Origin: an uncultured Acidobacteriaceae bacterium
GTDB taxonomy: Bacteria; Acidobacteriota; Terriglobia; Terriglobales; Acidobacteriaceae
Reading direction: 5' to 3'
Length of the DNA stretch: 64,000 bases
Assembly: GCA_963796785.1 (NCBI GenBank)
Contig: CAWCMW010000006.1
Location: 46,482 to 110,481 of the forward strand
Each line of letters begins with the position of its first letter. Position 1 is the stretch's first letter. Under the pieces are notes generated by a model, which saw only the letters and a program-made list of their open reading frames with translations, was not told the DNA's origin and did no database searches. Positions 1 through 11,753 of the stretch are shown here, in pieces. The position numbers and the translations under genes are program-made.

Positions 1-1702
1 ACTATCCGAACCCGACGGGATCAGTGACCCTGACCAGCGGCAGCTTTAGCCTCAGGACCGATCGCGCTTGTGAACCAAAGCGCGACGTTCACCATTCCCG
101 CCGGAACTCTGGCCGTAGGCAGCGATACGCTGACGGTGACGTATACGCCGGATGTGCGCGAGCGCGCCGAACTATCTGGCGACATCGAGTTTGGTGACAG
201 TGCAAAACGAAGGCGCGAAGCTCACGCCAAGCATGTCGTTGTATGCGCCGAATCCCCAACACTGCGACGACCGCGCAGCCATCGCGTTCTCGGTCAGGTG
301 GGCCGGGTTCTACGGCGATCCGATGCCAACGGGAACGGTGGTTGTGACCGGCGGCAGCTACACCTCTCCGCCTGCCAGCCTGAGCGATGGAAGCGCGTCA
401 ATCACCGTGCCGGCAGGAACATTTCCCCTCGGGCCCAACACTGTGACTGCAACCTATACGCCAGATGCTCAGAGCGCCGCCCTCTACGGCAGCGTCGGTG
501 CATCGAGCACCGGTAACAATCTATCTTGCCTCAACTCATCACCCCGACCGTGATGGTGACACCGGCCACGCCAAGTTCCAGAACCATCGATCCCCTTTCA
601 GTCACGGTGACGGTGAGCGGCGGGGCCGGCAACCCCACACCAACCGGCAGCGTGAGCGTTGGGATGACTGGCACGAATGTTTCCGGCGCGCTGGTGGGTG
701 GCACAGCAACTGTGATTTTCCCGGCCGGAACCCTTCAACAAGGCGCAGATACCGTCTTCGCGAACTACATTCCAGACGCAATCGCAAGTTACGCCTACGT
801 CGACTCATCGGGGATGGCTCCGGTGAATGTATCAAGGGTGACTCCGACGGTCACCGTCACGCCGTCGACGTCAAGTTTTTCAACGCAGCAGGCGATTCAG
901 GTGTCGGTTTCAGTGAGCGGCGGATCGGGCGCGCCACCCCCCGCCGGCTGGCTCACATTGACATGCGGATACTTCACGGCACAACCGGTTAATCTCAATT
1001 CAGGCAGCACCGGCAGTATTACGATTCCGGCTGGTTCGTTTGCACCGGGCGCAGACACAATCTCAGCTTCATATGCTGCAACCGATAACAACTACAATTC
1101 CACAACTGGAACGAGTACAGTGACGGTGTCCGCGCCGGGAAATGCGGCGTTCACAATCACGGGAGGTTCCCTCGATGTGGCGAAGGGGTTTTTGCTTGCG
1201 AGTAACCTGACCTTGACGGTGACGCCGACAAACGGATTCGTCGGCACAGTGGCCCTGACTGCCGCGATCACCGCGAGCCCGGCGGGCGCGCAAGATTTGC
1301 CGACGATGAGATTCACCTCAGCCTCGCTGGACCTGGTCGGATTCAACGCAGGTTCTTCGGTACTGAGTTTCACGACAACGGCAGCGACTCGGGCAGGACA
1401 ATCGATCCGGCGGGCCCTGTGGCGCGCTGGGCTGCTGCTACGTCGCCCGTGCTGGCCTTCTTAGCGCTCTGGCTTGTGCCGCGGCGACGCCGCTTGTGGC
1501 GGAACTTGACGATGTTCGCGGCTCTCGGAATTTTCATCGCGGCGGCGTCGGGGCCTGCGGCGGATCGGGCGGCGGCACCGGTGGAGGCGGCGGTGGGGGT
1601 GGAGGCAACTCCGGCACGACGTCGGGGCTATACACGATCACTATCACCGGCACGTCCGGTTCGATGACCGAGACCAGCACCATTACTCTCACAGTGCAGT
1701 AG
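1..1702 (+). CDS. Ig-like (Big_3-type) repeat surface protein, C-terminal part; 5' truncated by window edge, several frameshifts
   Basis: Repeated T/S/V-rich Ig units (PTPTGSVSV..GGTATV..PAGTL..GADTV.A.Y) across ORFs 70-516, 152-553, 526-1464; tail pieces in 1419-1667 and 1496-1702 (TM-RRRR-TM-CGGSGGG..GTTSGLYTITITGTSG). Confidence 0.8.
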
Positions 1703-1762
1703 ACAGCATGGGCTCACGCAGGGGCGCGGCTCTGCCTGAACGCTGCGAGTGTGTCTCCCCGC

Positions 1763-3365
1763 TCAGCGCTGAAAGATATCGATCGGCTGAGTAAAGTCCG
1801 TGACCCGCATGTGCGCCGCAAGCGTGGGGTATTGGCTTTGGAGCTTGAGGTACATCTCCCACGCGACGCGGCGATAACTGAAGTGGCCGGCGGGACCGGA
1901 GCGGAGTTCGGAGATGTATTGCGCCTCGGCAAAGTCCATTTTGAAGAGGGCGCGAATCCGCGTGGCCAGCGGATAGAGATAGGTGGCGGATTGCGCGGCC
2001 TCGACGACTGGAGCGGCGGCGATGACGCTGGCAGTGCGATGGGCGGCGTCAATCGCTGTGCGGTATTCAGCAAGAATGCCGGCCTCGGCGAGAATATCCG
2101 AGCCAGCCGGCAAGTCACCGCAGCCGGGCGTCTCATACCCATGCAGAGCGGTGAAGTCCTGGATGATCTGCGTACAGCGGCGATGGCGGTGAAAATCGCG
2201 GAAGCCGCCGATATCCATCAGAATGTCAAAACGAATGGCGGCGCCTGCATGAAACGCGCGGAGCGTTTCGTCGTGCCTGCCGCGGTTCTTCAGGCCCAGC
2301 TCGATGATTTCAGTCGTGCGGGCGGCGGGCAGGCCGGAGACAAAGTCGCGAAGCTGGCGATAGGGGTGGCGGCTGACGGAGTAGAGCGAGCGTGGCGGCG
2401 AGCTCGACTTCGAGAGACTCGGTGCGCTCAACGAGATCGACGAGCGGGGCCGCTGCGGGAGGAACGTTCTTGAGCAGTTCTGCAGCGGCGCGGGAGAGCT
2501 CTGCGCGGGTCTGGATGAGGTAGTCGCTGGGCTGGGCGTATTTGACGAGAGTGGGCGCTGTGCGGACTTCGCGCGTAAAAATTGCTGCCGCCTGGGCAGC
2601 GAGATCCGGCGCGGTTTCTTCGTCGAGGGCGGCAATCTTGTCGATGATCGTCTGGGCAGCCTTGGCGTTCAGGTTCCATGCCGGGCCGATCGCCGCTTCG
2701 CGGAGCTTCTCGCCGAGGTGGCGGATTTCGGCGGCGGGATGGGAAAGCAGGCGCGAGACCTGGGTTTCAAGCGTGCGTGCGCTCACGATCTGGCCGAGCG
2801 AAGTGTTGGTGGCAAGAGGAAGCAGATAGCGCGCAACGTCGAAAGCACGGGCGCGGAGCGTGCGCTCGTAGGCATCCGGCTTCAGGCCCTCAGGGCGGCC
2901 GACGCGACGCCGAAGGAGATCGACGACGGCGACCGTGGTCCGCTTGTAGGCTGCCATGAGCGAGTCAATGGTCCGCTCGTATTGCTCCTGAGAGTGGGCG
3001 TCGCCCGCGAAATCGGGATAGTAGAAGCCGGACTCGAGGAAGTTCTGATAGCGCGTGGACCGCTCCTGCCCATCCCAGCGGGTTTCGTCGACAAGGACGA
3101 TGGCGGCGAGGAGCGAGAGGCGCTCGACAGCGAATGCAATGTGGGCAAGGTCGGCGATGGACCGATGGCCGTATTGAAAATAAAAGGTGTTAAGGAATTG
3201 CTCCGCCCGCTGCGCGCTGATTTCGGCGAGTGAATCACGCATCGAAAGTGCCGAGCGGGAGTACTTGGCCATGGCGTAGGCGAGTATTTCGGGGTCGGCG
3301 CCGTGGATGGCGATGACTTCGGTTTGGTTGCGCGCGGAAAGAGGAAGCGAAGATTCACTGGACAT
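1763..3365 (-). CDS. thyX: FAD-dependent thymidylate synthase ThyX-like, tandem two-domain form; frameshift near 2395
   Basis: Motifs FQYGHRSIAD, QERSTRY, ARYLLP in ORF 2310-3449; second domain GFRDFHRHRRCTQ in ORF 1763-2635. Confidence 0.75.
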
Positions 3366-3451
3366 GAGGATGGTCTCGCGGACAGAATACGTCATAAGGG
3401 AGCATCCGCGCCCGAGCGGCGGAGTGGAAGCCCTGGAGCACGGGAGCATTC

Positions 3452-4259
3452 ATGCGGGAGTTTCTGGTGCGAACGTCGCACAAACCGCGGCCCTTGCCGG
3501 CGGGGCGCTGGGCGATGACCCAGCGCTGGAACGATCTGCTGTTTGCGCACTGGCCCATCGCCACGGCCAAGATGCAGTCGCTGCTGCCGGATTGGCTTGA
3601 AGCCGATACGATCGAAGGCTCGGCGTGGGTAGGCGCGGTGCCGTTCTGGCTGGACCGCATTAAAGTTCGCGGCATGCCCGCCGATTCCGGGGCTGCGAAG
3701 CTTTCCTGATCTGAATTTGCGAACCTACGTGCGCGACCGGTTTACCGGAACGCCGGGGTTCTACTGCTTCAGCGTGGATTCAAGCAACCTGCTGGCAGTG
3801 GCGGCGGCACACCTGGTGTATCACCTGCCGTACCGGCTGGCGGAGATGTACCTTGAGCCGCGTTCGGAACGCGAGTTTGCGTTTTATAGCCGGCGGCGAT
3901 TTTCGCGGCAGCCAGTGATCTTCAAAGCCCGCTACCGGGGCCTGGGTCCGACTCGGCAGACGGCGGAGATGCGGCCGGGGTCGCTCGAGTACTTTTTTAC
4001 GGAACGGCCCTGCGTGTTCTCGACCAACCGTACGGGAGAGCCGATCAGGGCCAATCTGCATCACGTTTCGTGGCCTTTGGAAGAGGCTGAAGCGGAGATT
4101 GAGCGCAATGACCTCGCGACAGCGGTGGGCCTGAAGCTGCCCGACCGGGAACCGGTGCTGCACTATTCGCGCCGGCTGGCAGTCTATGTGTGGCCTGCGG
4201 AGCTGGCGCGTCCCGCACTGGCTGCGCGCCCGGTAACCGTCGCGGCAACGCCGACGTAG
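3452..4259 (+). CDS. DUF2071/YqjF family protein; frameshift near 3680-3710
   Basis: MTQRWNDLLFAHWP..AWVGAVPF, then LNLRTYVR..PGFYCFSVD..YHLPY..SLEYFFTER. Confidence 0.85.
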
Positions 4260-4484
4260 AGGCCACAACTGGCTTCTAGTCGTTAGCTCTCTGTGCGGCC
4301 CGCCGGCGGTGGCTTTCGGCTCTCTCCTTCTCCTCTCTCAGGCTTGTACTCGGCGGTGAGCTTTGTTTGAGCCGGGCATTGTTTGCTGCGATTTCACCGC
4401 ATGTAGTTTCCTTGCGCAGCAATCCTGCAAGCGAAAATCGGGCAGGCCACGGCGAGAGCGCCAAGGTTTGCAACAAACGGTCCG

Positions 4485-5273
4485 CTACTTTGTCAACAAT
4501 GTCGCGGCAAGCGCGCTGCAACTTGGTGTCGTTTGCGCCTGCACCCCATACTGAACAGTTTGTGCGGGCAGCGCGATCGTGCACCGAGCTTCCTGGGTGT
4601 TGCCGGTTCCGGGGTTGCCATTCGAGCAAAGTCCGGCCGGGAAACTGGATGTGTTCAGCGTAAACGGCTTGGGGCTGATCCAATATACGGTCTCGCCGCT
4701 TGATGCCGTGATCGTCGTCAAAGAGTTGCCGTTCGGATCGTTCAGCGCCGTGGCTCCATTCACGCAGGACACATAAGCGGTAATAGAGTTGGTGGCAGCA
4801 TGACCGGCGCTCGGTTGTGCCGGTGCGGGGCTCGCCACGGATGCGTGCTGGCTTCCGATGAGATGAGCGAAATCCTTCTCTACGGCTCGCCCGTAACTGA
4901 AGTTGTTAAGAGGACCTGTCGGAGATTGCTGGATTCCCGGATCAGGGCAGCTATACCCGTTGGGAGAGGAACAAGTGAAGAGATAGGGACCGGGCGACGC
5001 CTGGGGATCAATGGTGCAGGTCGATGAATCCCCGCCGGGCACGCAAGGGTTATAGCCTCCCACAAAACTCATCGCGAGCCCCGACCCATTGCCACCCGCC
5101 GGTGGCACCAGAGTGATCGTGTCTCCGCCATTCACCAGCAGATTGGCCATGGGGTAGTTCTGCACTTGATAGACGAAGTTCCGTCCTCCGGCCGGCGATG
5201 CCGACCAGTCCATCCATATCCCCATAAACACCCCGGCAACAAACACAAACAGAAGCAACAGCAAAGTTTTCAT
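4485..5273 (-). CDS. Hypothetical exported Cys-rich protein
   Basis: 262 aa ORF with hydrophobic N-terminus (MKTLLLLLFVFVAGV), 8 Cys, two beta-rich halves; upstream AAGGAAAGGA SD. Confidence 0.7.
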   Translation of the reverse strand: MKTLLLLLFVFVAGVFMGIWMDWSASPAGGRNFVYQVQNYPMANLLVNGGDTITLVPPAGGNGSGLAMSFVGGYNPCVPGGDSSTCTIDPQASPGPYLFTCSSPNGYSCPDPGIQQSPTGPLNNFSYGRAVEKDFAHLIGSQHASVASPAPAQPSAGHAATNSITAYVSCVNGATALNDPNGNSLTTITASSGETVYWISPKPFTLNTSSFPAGLCSNGNPGTGNTQEARCTIALPAQTVQYGVQAQTTPSCSALAATLLTK

Positions 5274-5309
5274 TCGAATGTCCTTTCCTTTCGCTGGATT
5301 GAGAAACGC

Positions 5310-8015
5310 CTAGCCTGAAGATGTCTCCCCATTGCTCTTCAAACTCTGAAGCTTAGATCGATACGGCTCCATGCTGCGCAGATCTTTCAGATCCACTGCC
5401 AGGTCGACCTCCGCCGGAGAGAGCCCCTTGTCCATGCACCACAACAACAGATCGAGTGCCTCTTTCCTCCTTCCCAGCACATCCAGGGCCTGCACGATCA
5501 TGAAGCGAGACGCCACGTCGTTGGCGCCGTGCGAAGCAGCGTTTTCCATGTCCATCTTGGCGTCCTTGGTGTCGCCGATTTTCGCATGGTAGAAGGCCAG
5601 GTTGGCCCATCCAAACCCATCGCGGGGATTGGTCTGAAGCCACGCGGACAACAGTTGCGCAGCCCGCCCGTAGCACTCTTTGGCCATCGCGGTATTGCCG
5701 AGCATGGTGTAACAATCGCCCATGTTCCGCTCGATCAGATGATTCCTGGGGTTGAGCGTGGCAGAGTGCCCATAATCGATCAGGGCGTCGTTGTACTTGC
5801 CATCCTCAAAATCCATGTCGCCAAGCGTAAGATAGGCATCCTCGCTCTGAGCACGCGCAAGGCTCTCTTTCAATGCGGCGCGGGCATCGTCGCGCCTTCC
5901 CAGTTCAAGGTAGGTCTGTGCCAGGTTGGCCATCGGTTGGGCAACCTTCGGCGCGGCTGCACCGGCTGCCGCAAAAGCCTTGGCCGCCTCGTCGTATTTG
6001 GCCTCTCGCGTCAGAATCACTCCGAGGTTGTTATACGCCGGCCAAAAATTCGGCCTTTCGATTAAGATCTCGCGGTACGTCTGCGCAGCCTCGGGCAGCA
6101 ACCCCTGGCGTTCAAGCGCCCACGCTTTTTCATAGAGAATCTCGGGGTTTCCGGGGTCCGCCTGCTGCGACCTCTGAAAATAGGCCTGCCCATCTTCCGC
6201 TTTGCCCTGCGAAACCAGGACCAGCGCCTGGCTCAGCAGTCCCATCGCGGAAAGAGGGTTGTAGCGCAGAGCGTGGGCCGCATTCCTGCTCGCCAGGTCC
6301 AGGTTGGCTGGTTCCCTGGTTGCGTAGAACTGGCGCAAATAGGCGATGGCCAGCTCGGCGTAACCCAGGGCAAAGTGTCCATCAAGGTCGAGAGCATGCT
6401 GGTACTTTTCAATCGCCTGTTCCAGTCCGGCATGATTCGGTTCACTCACCAGTTGTTCCGCTTCGCTGAACGCCTGGTACACGTCGGGAGGAACGCTCTT
6501 CAGTTCCTCGGGATCGCTCAACTGCACGTCGCCGCTGGGAAGCTGCAGCAAAGACGCAGCCTCGTGCGAGGCCTTCTCGGCAAGGCTGCCGATCGCATTC
6601 AGTGCGCACTCTACAGTTCCTTTGCGCAGCACGCGCTGGGAGTGCGCGTCCAGCAAGCGCAGAAACAACTTCGCCTGGGATCCAGTCAGCTCAAGCGATG
6701 CAACCAGGACCAGATTCGCGCCAAGCGTGCTCTCGGTCTTCGCCGGCGAATCGATCGCTTCCCGGGGCCCAGGCCTGTCCTGCGGAGTGATGATCATCAG
6801 GTTTTTCACAAACGCCTCTGCGCGCGAAAGGCGCTGGCCGATGGAGTCCAGCACCGTGAACAGGAGCGCCGGGGGACGTTCCGCAGGCATCGGCATCAGA
6901 GCTACAAACCTCGTGGAGGGGAGCGGGTCCAAAACATTCAGGATTTGCGCCCAGTCCAGCCACACCGCAAGTGCCCCGCCTGCGCCTGCGCCCGCCCCGA
7001 GTATCACCATCTTCCTGCGCGAGATGTGCGGTCCGCTCGAGGAGAGGCTCTCCGCGCGCACTTCCGGCGCGGGCATCGCAAGCATCGCATCGGGGACCGT
7101 CCGGAATCGCTCCTCCACCGCGGGCTTGAGGCACCCCACTACAAAACGTCTCCATGGTTCGGGAATATCGGCCGCATTGAACGGCATTTTCACGCTCTTC
7201 CCGCGCCGCATGGGGACACGCGGCGCGTGTCCCGTTAAAACCAGATGTGCGACTACTCCCAGCGCATACACATCGCTGGCCCTCGTCGGCGCGGCTCCAT
7301 AGAAGAGCTCCGGCGCCATGAATCCGGGCGTTCCGGCAACCCCATCAACGGTAAGTGCCGTCTCCTCACCCAACGCCGCCCGCGCAAGGCCAAAGTCCGT
7401 GACCCAGGCAATCACGTCGGTGCCCGAGCCTTGCAGAATGATGTTCGCAGTCTTGATATCCCGATGCAGGATTCCTGCCTGATGGGCGGCGGTTATCCCC
7501 GCTGCCACCTGTCTCAAAATGGACATCGCTTCATCGTCCGGCAAAGGACCCACGCGCGAAAGCCGCGCTGCAAGACTCTCGCCCGCCAGGAGCTTCATCG
7601 TCAGGTAAGTGAGTTGCCCCTCCGTCCGCTTCCAGTGCCCAAGATCGTACATCGGACAAAGATTCGGGTGAACCACTTCACGAGCGCTCAGAACTTCCCG
7701 CTCGAATCGCTGACGCATCAAGGGATCGGCCGCATAGTGCGAAAGAATCGTCTTGAGCGCCACGTGAATGCCGCGCAGTTGCCGATCCTCGACCTCATAG
7801 ACCTCCCCCATACCGCCGCGGGCAATGAATCGAACCACCGAGAAGCGGCCGTCAATCAGGTCGCCCGGCTTAAACTGCGAGCCGCCCTCTTGCGCTGCCA
7901 GGTCCTCCCTGGGCGAGCCCCGGGCGGGCCCCGCCGCAGCGTCCAGCCGTTCGTCCAAGCCGAGCCCCGCGGCCGGCGGTGACGCGCTGTCGGTGTTGGT
8001 GGGAGGGTTGTCCAT
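5310..8015 (-). CDS. Hanks-type Ser/Thr protein kinase with TM segment and C-terminal TPR repeats
   Basis: ARGGMGEVY, VALK, HRDIKTANI, DFGLAR, GTPGFMAPE, SDVYALG; TPRs such as AYNNLGVILTREAKYDEA. Start taken at MDNPP. Confidence 0.92.
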   Translation of the reverse strand: MDNPPTNTDSASPPAAGLGLDERLDAAAGPARGSPREDLAAQEGGSQFKPGDLIDGRFSVVRFIARGGMGEVYEVEDRQLRGIHVALKTILSHYAADPLMRQRFEREVLSAREVVHPNLCPMYDLGHWKRTEGQLTYLTMKLLAGESLAARLSRVGPLPDDEAMSILRQVAAGITAAHQAGILHRDIKTANIILQGSGTDVIAWVTDFGLARAALGEETALTVDGVAGTPGFMAPELFYGAAPTRASDVYALGVVAHLVLTGHAPRVPMRRGKSVKMPFNAADIPEPWRRFVVGCLKPAVEERFRTVPDAMLAMPAPEVRAESLSSSGPHISRRKMVILGAGAGAGGALAVWLDWAQILNVLDPLPSTRFVALMPMPAERPPALLFTVLDSIGQRLSRAEAFVKNLMIITPQDRPGPREAIDSPAKTESTLGANLVLVASLELTGSQAKLFLRLLDAHSQRVLRKGTVECALNAIGSLAEKASHEAASLLQLPSGDVQLSDPEELKSVPPDVYQAFSEAEQLVSEPNHAGLEQAIEKYQHALDLDGHFALGYAELAIAYLRQFYATREPANLDLASRNAAHALRYNPLSAMGLLSQALVLVSQGKAEDGQAYFQRSQQADPGNPEILYEKAWALERQGLLPEAAQTYREILIERPNFWPAYNNLGVILTREAKYDEAAKAFAAAGAAAPKVAQPMANLAQTYLELGRRDDARAALKESLARAQSEDAYLTLGDMDFEDGKYNDALIDYGHSATLNPRNHLIERNMGDCYTMLGNTAMAKECYGRAAQLLSAWLQTNPRDGFGWANLAFYHAKIGDTKDAKMDMENAASHGANDVASRFMIVQALDVLGRRKEALDLLLWCMDKGLSPAEVDLAVDLKDLRSMEPYRSKLQSLKSNGETSSG

Positions 8016-8112
8016 CTCTCTCGAGCGAACCGGCCAGGCGCGAAAGTCCGGGAGGAGTGGCTCAAACGGAGTCGAAGTTGGACTTAGGTGAGGAAGCGAG
8101 CCGGCTACGCCG

Positions 8113-11100
8113 TCACGATGAGTGTACCCCGGAACCCGTGAATTGCAAGGTTCTTTTGCCAAACACCTGGCTCGGGTCAAGCGGCGGGCTAGAGCTTCGG
8201 CACCGGGTCAACGCGCCTCCCATCGAATCGCTCAAGACATCTTGAGTGGATTCCAAAAACCCCCTAGTGACGGGAGGCGGTTGGAAAGGGTTTCGATCCA
8301 TCCCCCACAATCACATCCGTGGTGCCCACGTTTCCATTGCGGATGTAGCCTACAGCGGCCTTCGTCCCCGGCTTCATCGCGAAAATCCGGCCGATCACTT
8401 CTTCAGTGTCCTTGACAGACGTACCGTCGATGGCCACGACGATATCGCCTTTAAGCAGTCCGGCCTTTTCCGCGGGACTGCCGGGAACAACCGTCGCCAC
8501 CAACGATCCCGGCCTGACCACGTGCATCTGTGCGCCGGTGCCACTGGTCACATCTTCCAGTTGCATCCCGATCACGCCATATGGTTTGATGACGCTCACT
8601 GACATCAAATCGGCGTCGCTTCCGCTCTTTTCCGGCGACCAGGTGGCTCCGCCATCGCTGGTATGCAGGATGATGCCTTTTCTGCCGACCACCCAGCCCG
8701 TTTGCGGAGACGTAAAGTTGATTTCAACCAGGTCTACCGCCGTGCCGCTGCTCTCTGTGGTCCACGTAGCGCCGGCATTCGTCGGTGTGGAGAATCACAC
8801 CGTCATATCCTGCCACCCAGCCGATTTCCGGCGTAACAAAACAAACTGACAACAGGTCGGCACGGGTTCCGCTGGACTGAACTTTCCAGGTGTTGCCGCC
8901 ATCGTCGGTATGCAGAATCGTGCCTCTTCTGCCCACTACCCAGCCCCAGGCCGGGGTGGCAAACGTCATCCCAATCAACGCTCGAATCGTGGGAGTCTTT
9001 TGCCGTTTCCAGGTGTTGCCGCCATCCGTTGTGTGGACGATGATGCCGTTTGACCCCGATGCCCAGCCCGACTGCCGGTTGATGAAGGTGACGAACGAAA
9101 GAAAGCTATCCTCTCCCGTTTTCTCCTGCTTCCAGGTCACTCCCGAGTCCTCGGTGTGCAGGATGATTCCGTCGTCTCCAGACGACCCAGCCAAAATACG
9201 GGTCAACGAACGTGACCTCGCTGAGGTCTTGGGTAGTGATGTCCTTCGCCTGCTGGTCCCACGATCCGCCGCCGTCGTTGGTGTGAAAGACGGCGCCGCC
9301 GCTGCCCACAACCCAGCCCGAAGACCGTGTGGGGAATGCGACCGAGTAGAAGGTTCCCTTGCTTGTGTTCTTCGAGACCCACGTAACGCCGCTGTCATCA
9401 GTCTCGAGCATTTTTGCTTCGGTGCCCACCGACCAGATCGTCCACGGCCCACCGGATTCAGTGCCTGCGCCCGCAACACCTGCCCCGGGGGGCGAATTCA
9501 ATGCGCTATGTTGACTCGATTCCGACAGGAGATGCGCCCAGAACGCCAGGGACACTCCAATCACGACGACGGTATACAGCGGCGGTCGTGATCGCCGGCC
9601 GGTATTTGTTTTCCGGTTGCGCCGGCCGGTCTTGGCCGAGCGCGGCGCGCGCATTCGAGAACCGCGCTGCGGATCAGCGCAATGGACACAAAGAGCAGCG
9701 CGACAAAGAAGAACGCAAAACTCATTGCGCCCCAGTCAGGCTTCTGAGATCAATGCCTGGCAGGAATCGCTGAAGCGATAACTGATCAAGGTCCCGGTGA
9801 GCCAACCCGGAGCATTGCCATGCCAGATGGTGGCGCAACTCCTCAGGCTGAGAAATCCCAATGGCGCGATGATCAGCCCAAGGCAGCCGCAGAATCCCTT
9901 CGTCAGCGCGAGCACGCCGGGACGCAGGTAACCCAGCCCCGGCGCCGGAGCGACTCCGCCACGGCTCCTGAACTTATGCGGCCACATCGCCCGCATTCCG
10001 AGGCGGACGATCAGATAACCAAAGAGAATGATGACGGCGTGCTCGCCGACCCACCAAAGCACTTCCAGCCATGGATGGTCGTGGACGATCAGCCACGCCG
10101 AATCAACGTCTCCCCCTATCCAGCTAAGCCACTTGGGGGTAGTGCCGTTGGTGATGATCGGAGTGCAGTATTTGACCAGGCCGAAGAGCCCCACCAGTCC
10201 CCAGACGATCATGATGCAGGCTCCGACGCCGAGCAGTATCCATCCGAGGATTCTGAATTTTAGCGGCTGAAGTGTGGGCAGGGCCTCCGCGGCTTCGCTG
10301 GGAGTGTGGCGGCGATAACGCCTGAGCCGACGCAGGCCCGACCGGAACCACGCCAGACCGCCCGCGCCCACGAACAGCGACAGAAACGCGAAAAGAGAAA
10401 GGCCGAATTGAGAGGCGGTCGTATTCGACGTGCCGAAAAAGACCGTGTACAGGCACAGCATGATGAACGCGGCCGCAGCGAGGCAGACGACGGACCCGGC
10501 CAGAACCGCGGCCCAGCTGACGACCATGGCCTGTACCCGCCGGCTGGCGAGCACCGGTTGCACCAGAGCGTCATGACTCAGTTCGTAGTAGGTGCTGTCC
10601 GATCTCCGGTCCGTACGCAGCAGGCGGCGGTCGACCAACTGGCTCAATGTTTCGCGGGGCAACTTCAGTTGGCGAAGCAGCTCGCGCTCCTCGACGCTGA
10701 GTCTTCGGCCTTCCGGGCTGATGAGATATTGCTCGCACAGAACCCGCACCGCGCCGCGCAGGTATCTCACCGGAAGCGACCGGATCGCATCCGTATAGAA
10801 ATTCTCAAGCGTCTCCGTCAGCGCGGCATCGCCTCCCAGATCCTTGAAGCTGACAACGATTTCCCCGCTCGAGAGCTTCTGTTTGAAGGCGGCGATGCTC
10901 TCAATGCGCTGGCAAATCAACTGCAGGTGGAAGGGCTCCACCTGGCGGCCACCTGAGCTGCGAGCTCCGGAAGCCGACTTGGTGAGATAGGCAAGAATCG
11001 AGGTCACCACGTCGGGCTCCAGGCGAAAAGCCCGCGTGGAGGCGTCGGCGGACTCGATTGCCGCAGGACCGGTGATGGCCTTCGATGCCATCTCGTACGT

Positions 11101-11748
11101 CAGCGGCGCCAGCCGATAGCGATGATCCAGGATCTCCGGTATGTGATCCGAAGCTTCTTCAAGCAGCCCCAGAAAATCTTCGCGCAGTGACAGCACCACG
11201 CGGATCGATGGTGGACCCTCGCTGACGGCGGACTCAATCGCCGGCTGCGACGGCGGAGCGATGCCGCGAATCAGATAGCCCAGCTCGGAAAGAAACCCCT
11301 CCCGCGCTTCCTGCGATTGCAGGGTGAACAATTCCTCGAATTGATCGAGAATCAGCACCGGCGTCAGGAGAAGGTCGTTGCGCCAGAATTCAACGGTCTT
11401 AAAGAAGCTCCAGAGAGAAGTTGTGTCGCCGGGAACGTATTCGATCTTCTGCCGCTCGGCTTCGGCCTTCACTCCTTCTAAAACAGAAACCAGCGGGCCG
11501 TTCTTGAGGTCGTTCACGCGCACGAAAAGCGGCAGGCTGTTGGCTTCGCGAAGGCGAGGCGCGACGCCGGCGTTGAGCAGAGAAGTCTTGCCCAGGCCGG
11601 ACTTGGCATAGACAATCACCAGACGATTGGCGAGGATCTGGTCAGTCAGCGCGACAGAGGCCGGCTCACGACCGAAAAATGTGCGGCGAGAAAATTCGTC
11701 GTCGCGAAACGGTTGAGCGCCGGGATAGCGGTGGAGCGTTTCCATCAT
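8113..11748 (-). CDS. nSTAND1-type NTPase with multiple TM helices, probably fused (via frameshifts) to a YCF48/BNR beta-propeller and a PDZ domain
   Basis: YPGAQPF..FFGRE, Walker A AKSGLGKTS, VLILDQFEE, SLREDF, YELSHDALV; hydrophobic helices continue in shifted frames past 9736; repeated GWVVG..GTILHT.DGG.TW; PDZ VVPGSPAEKAGLLKGDIVVAIDG. The fusion is inferred. Confidence 0.75.
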
Positions 11749-11753
11749 TCTCT

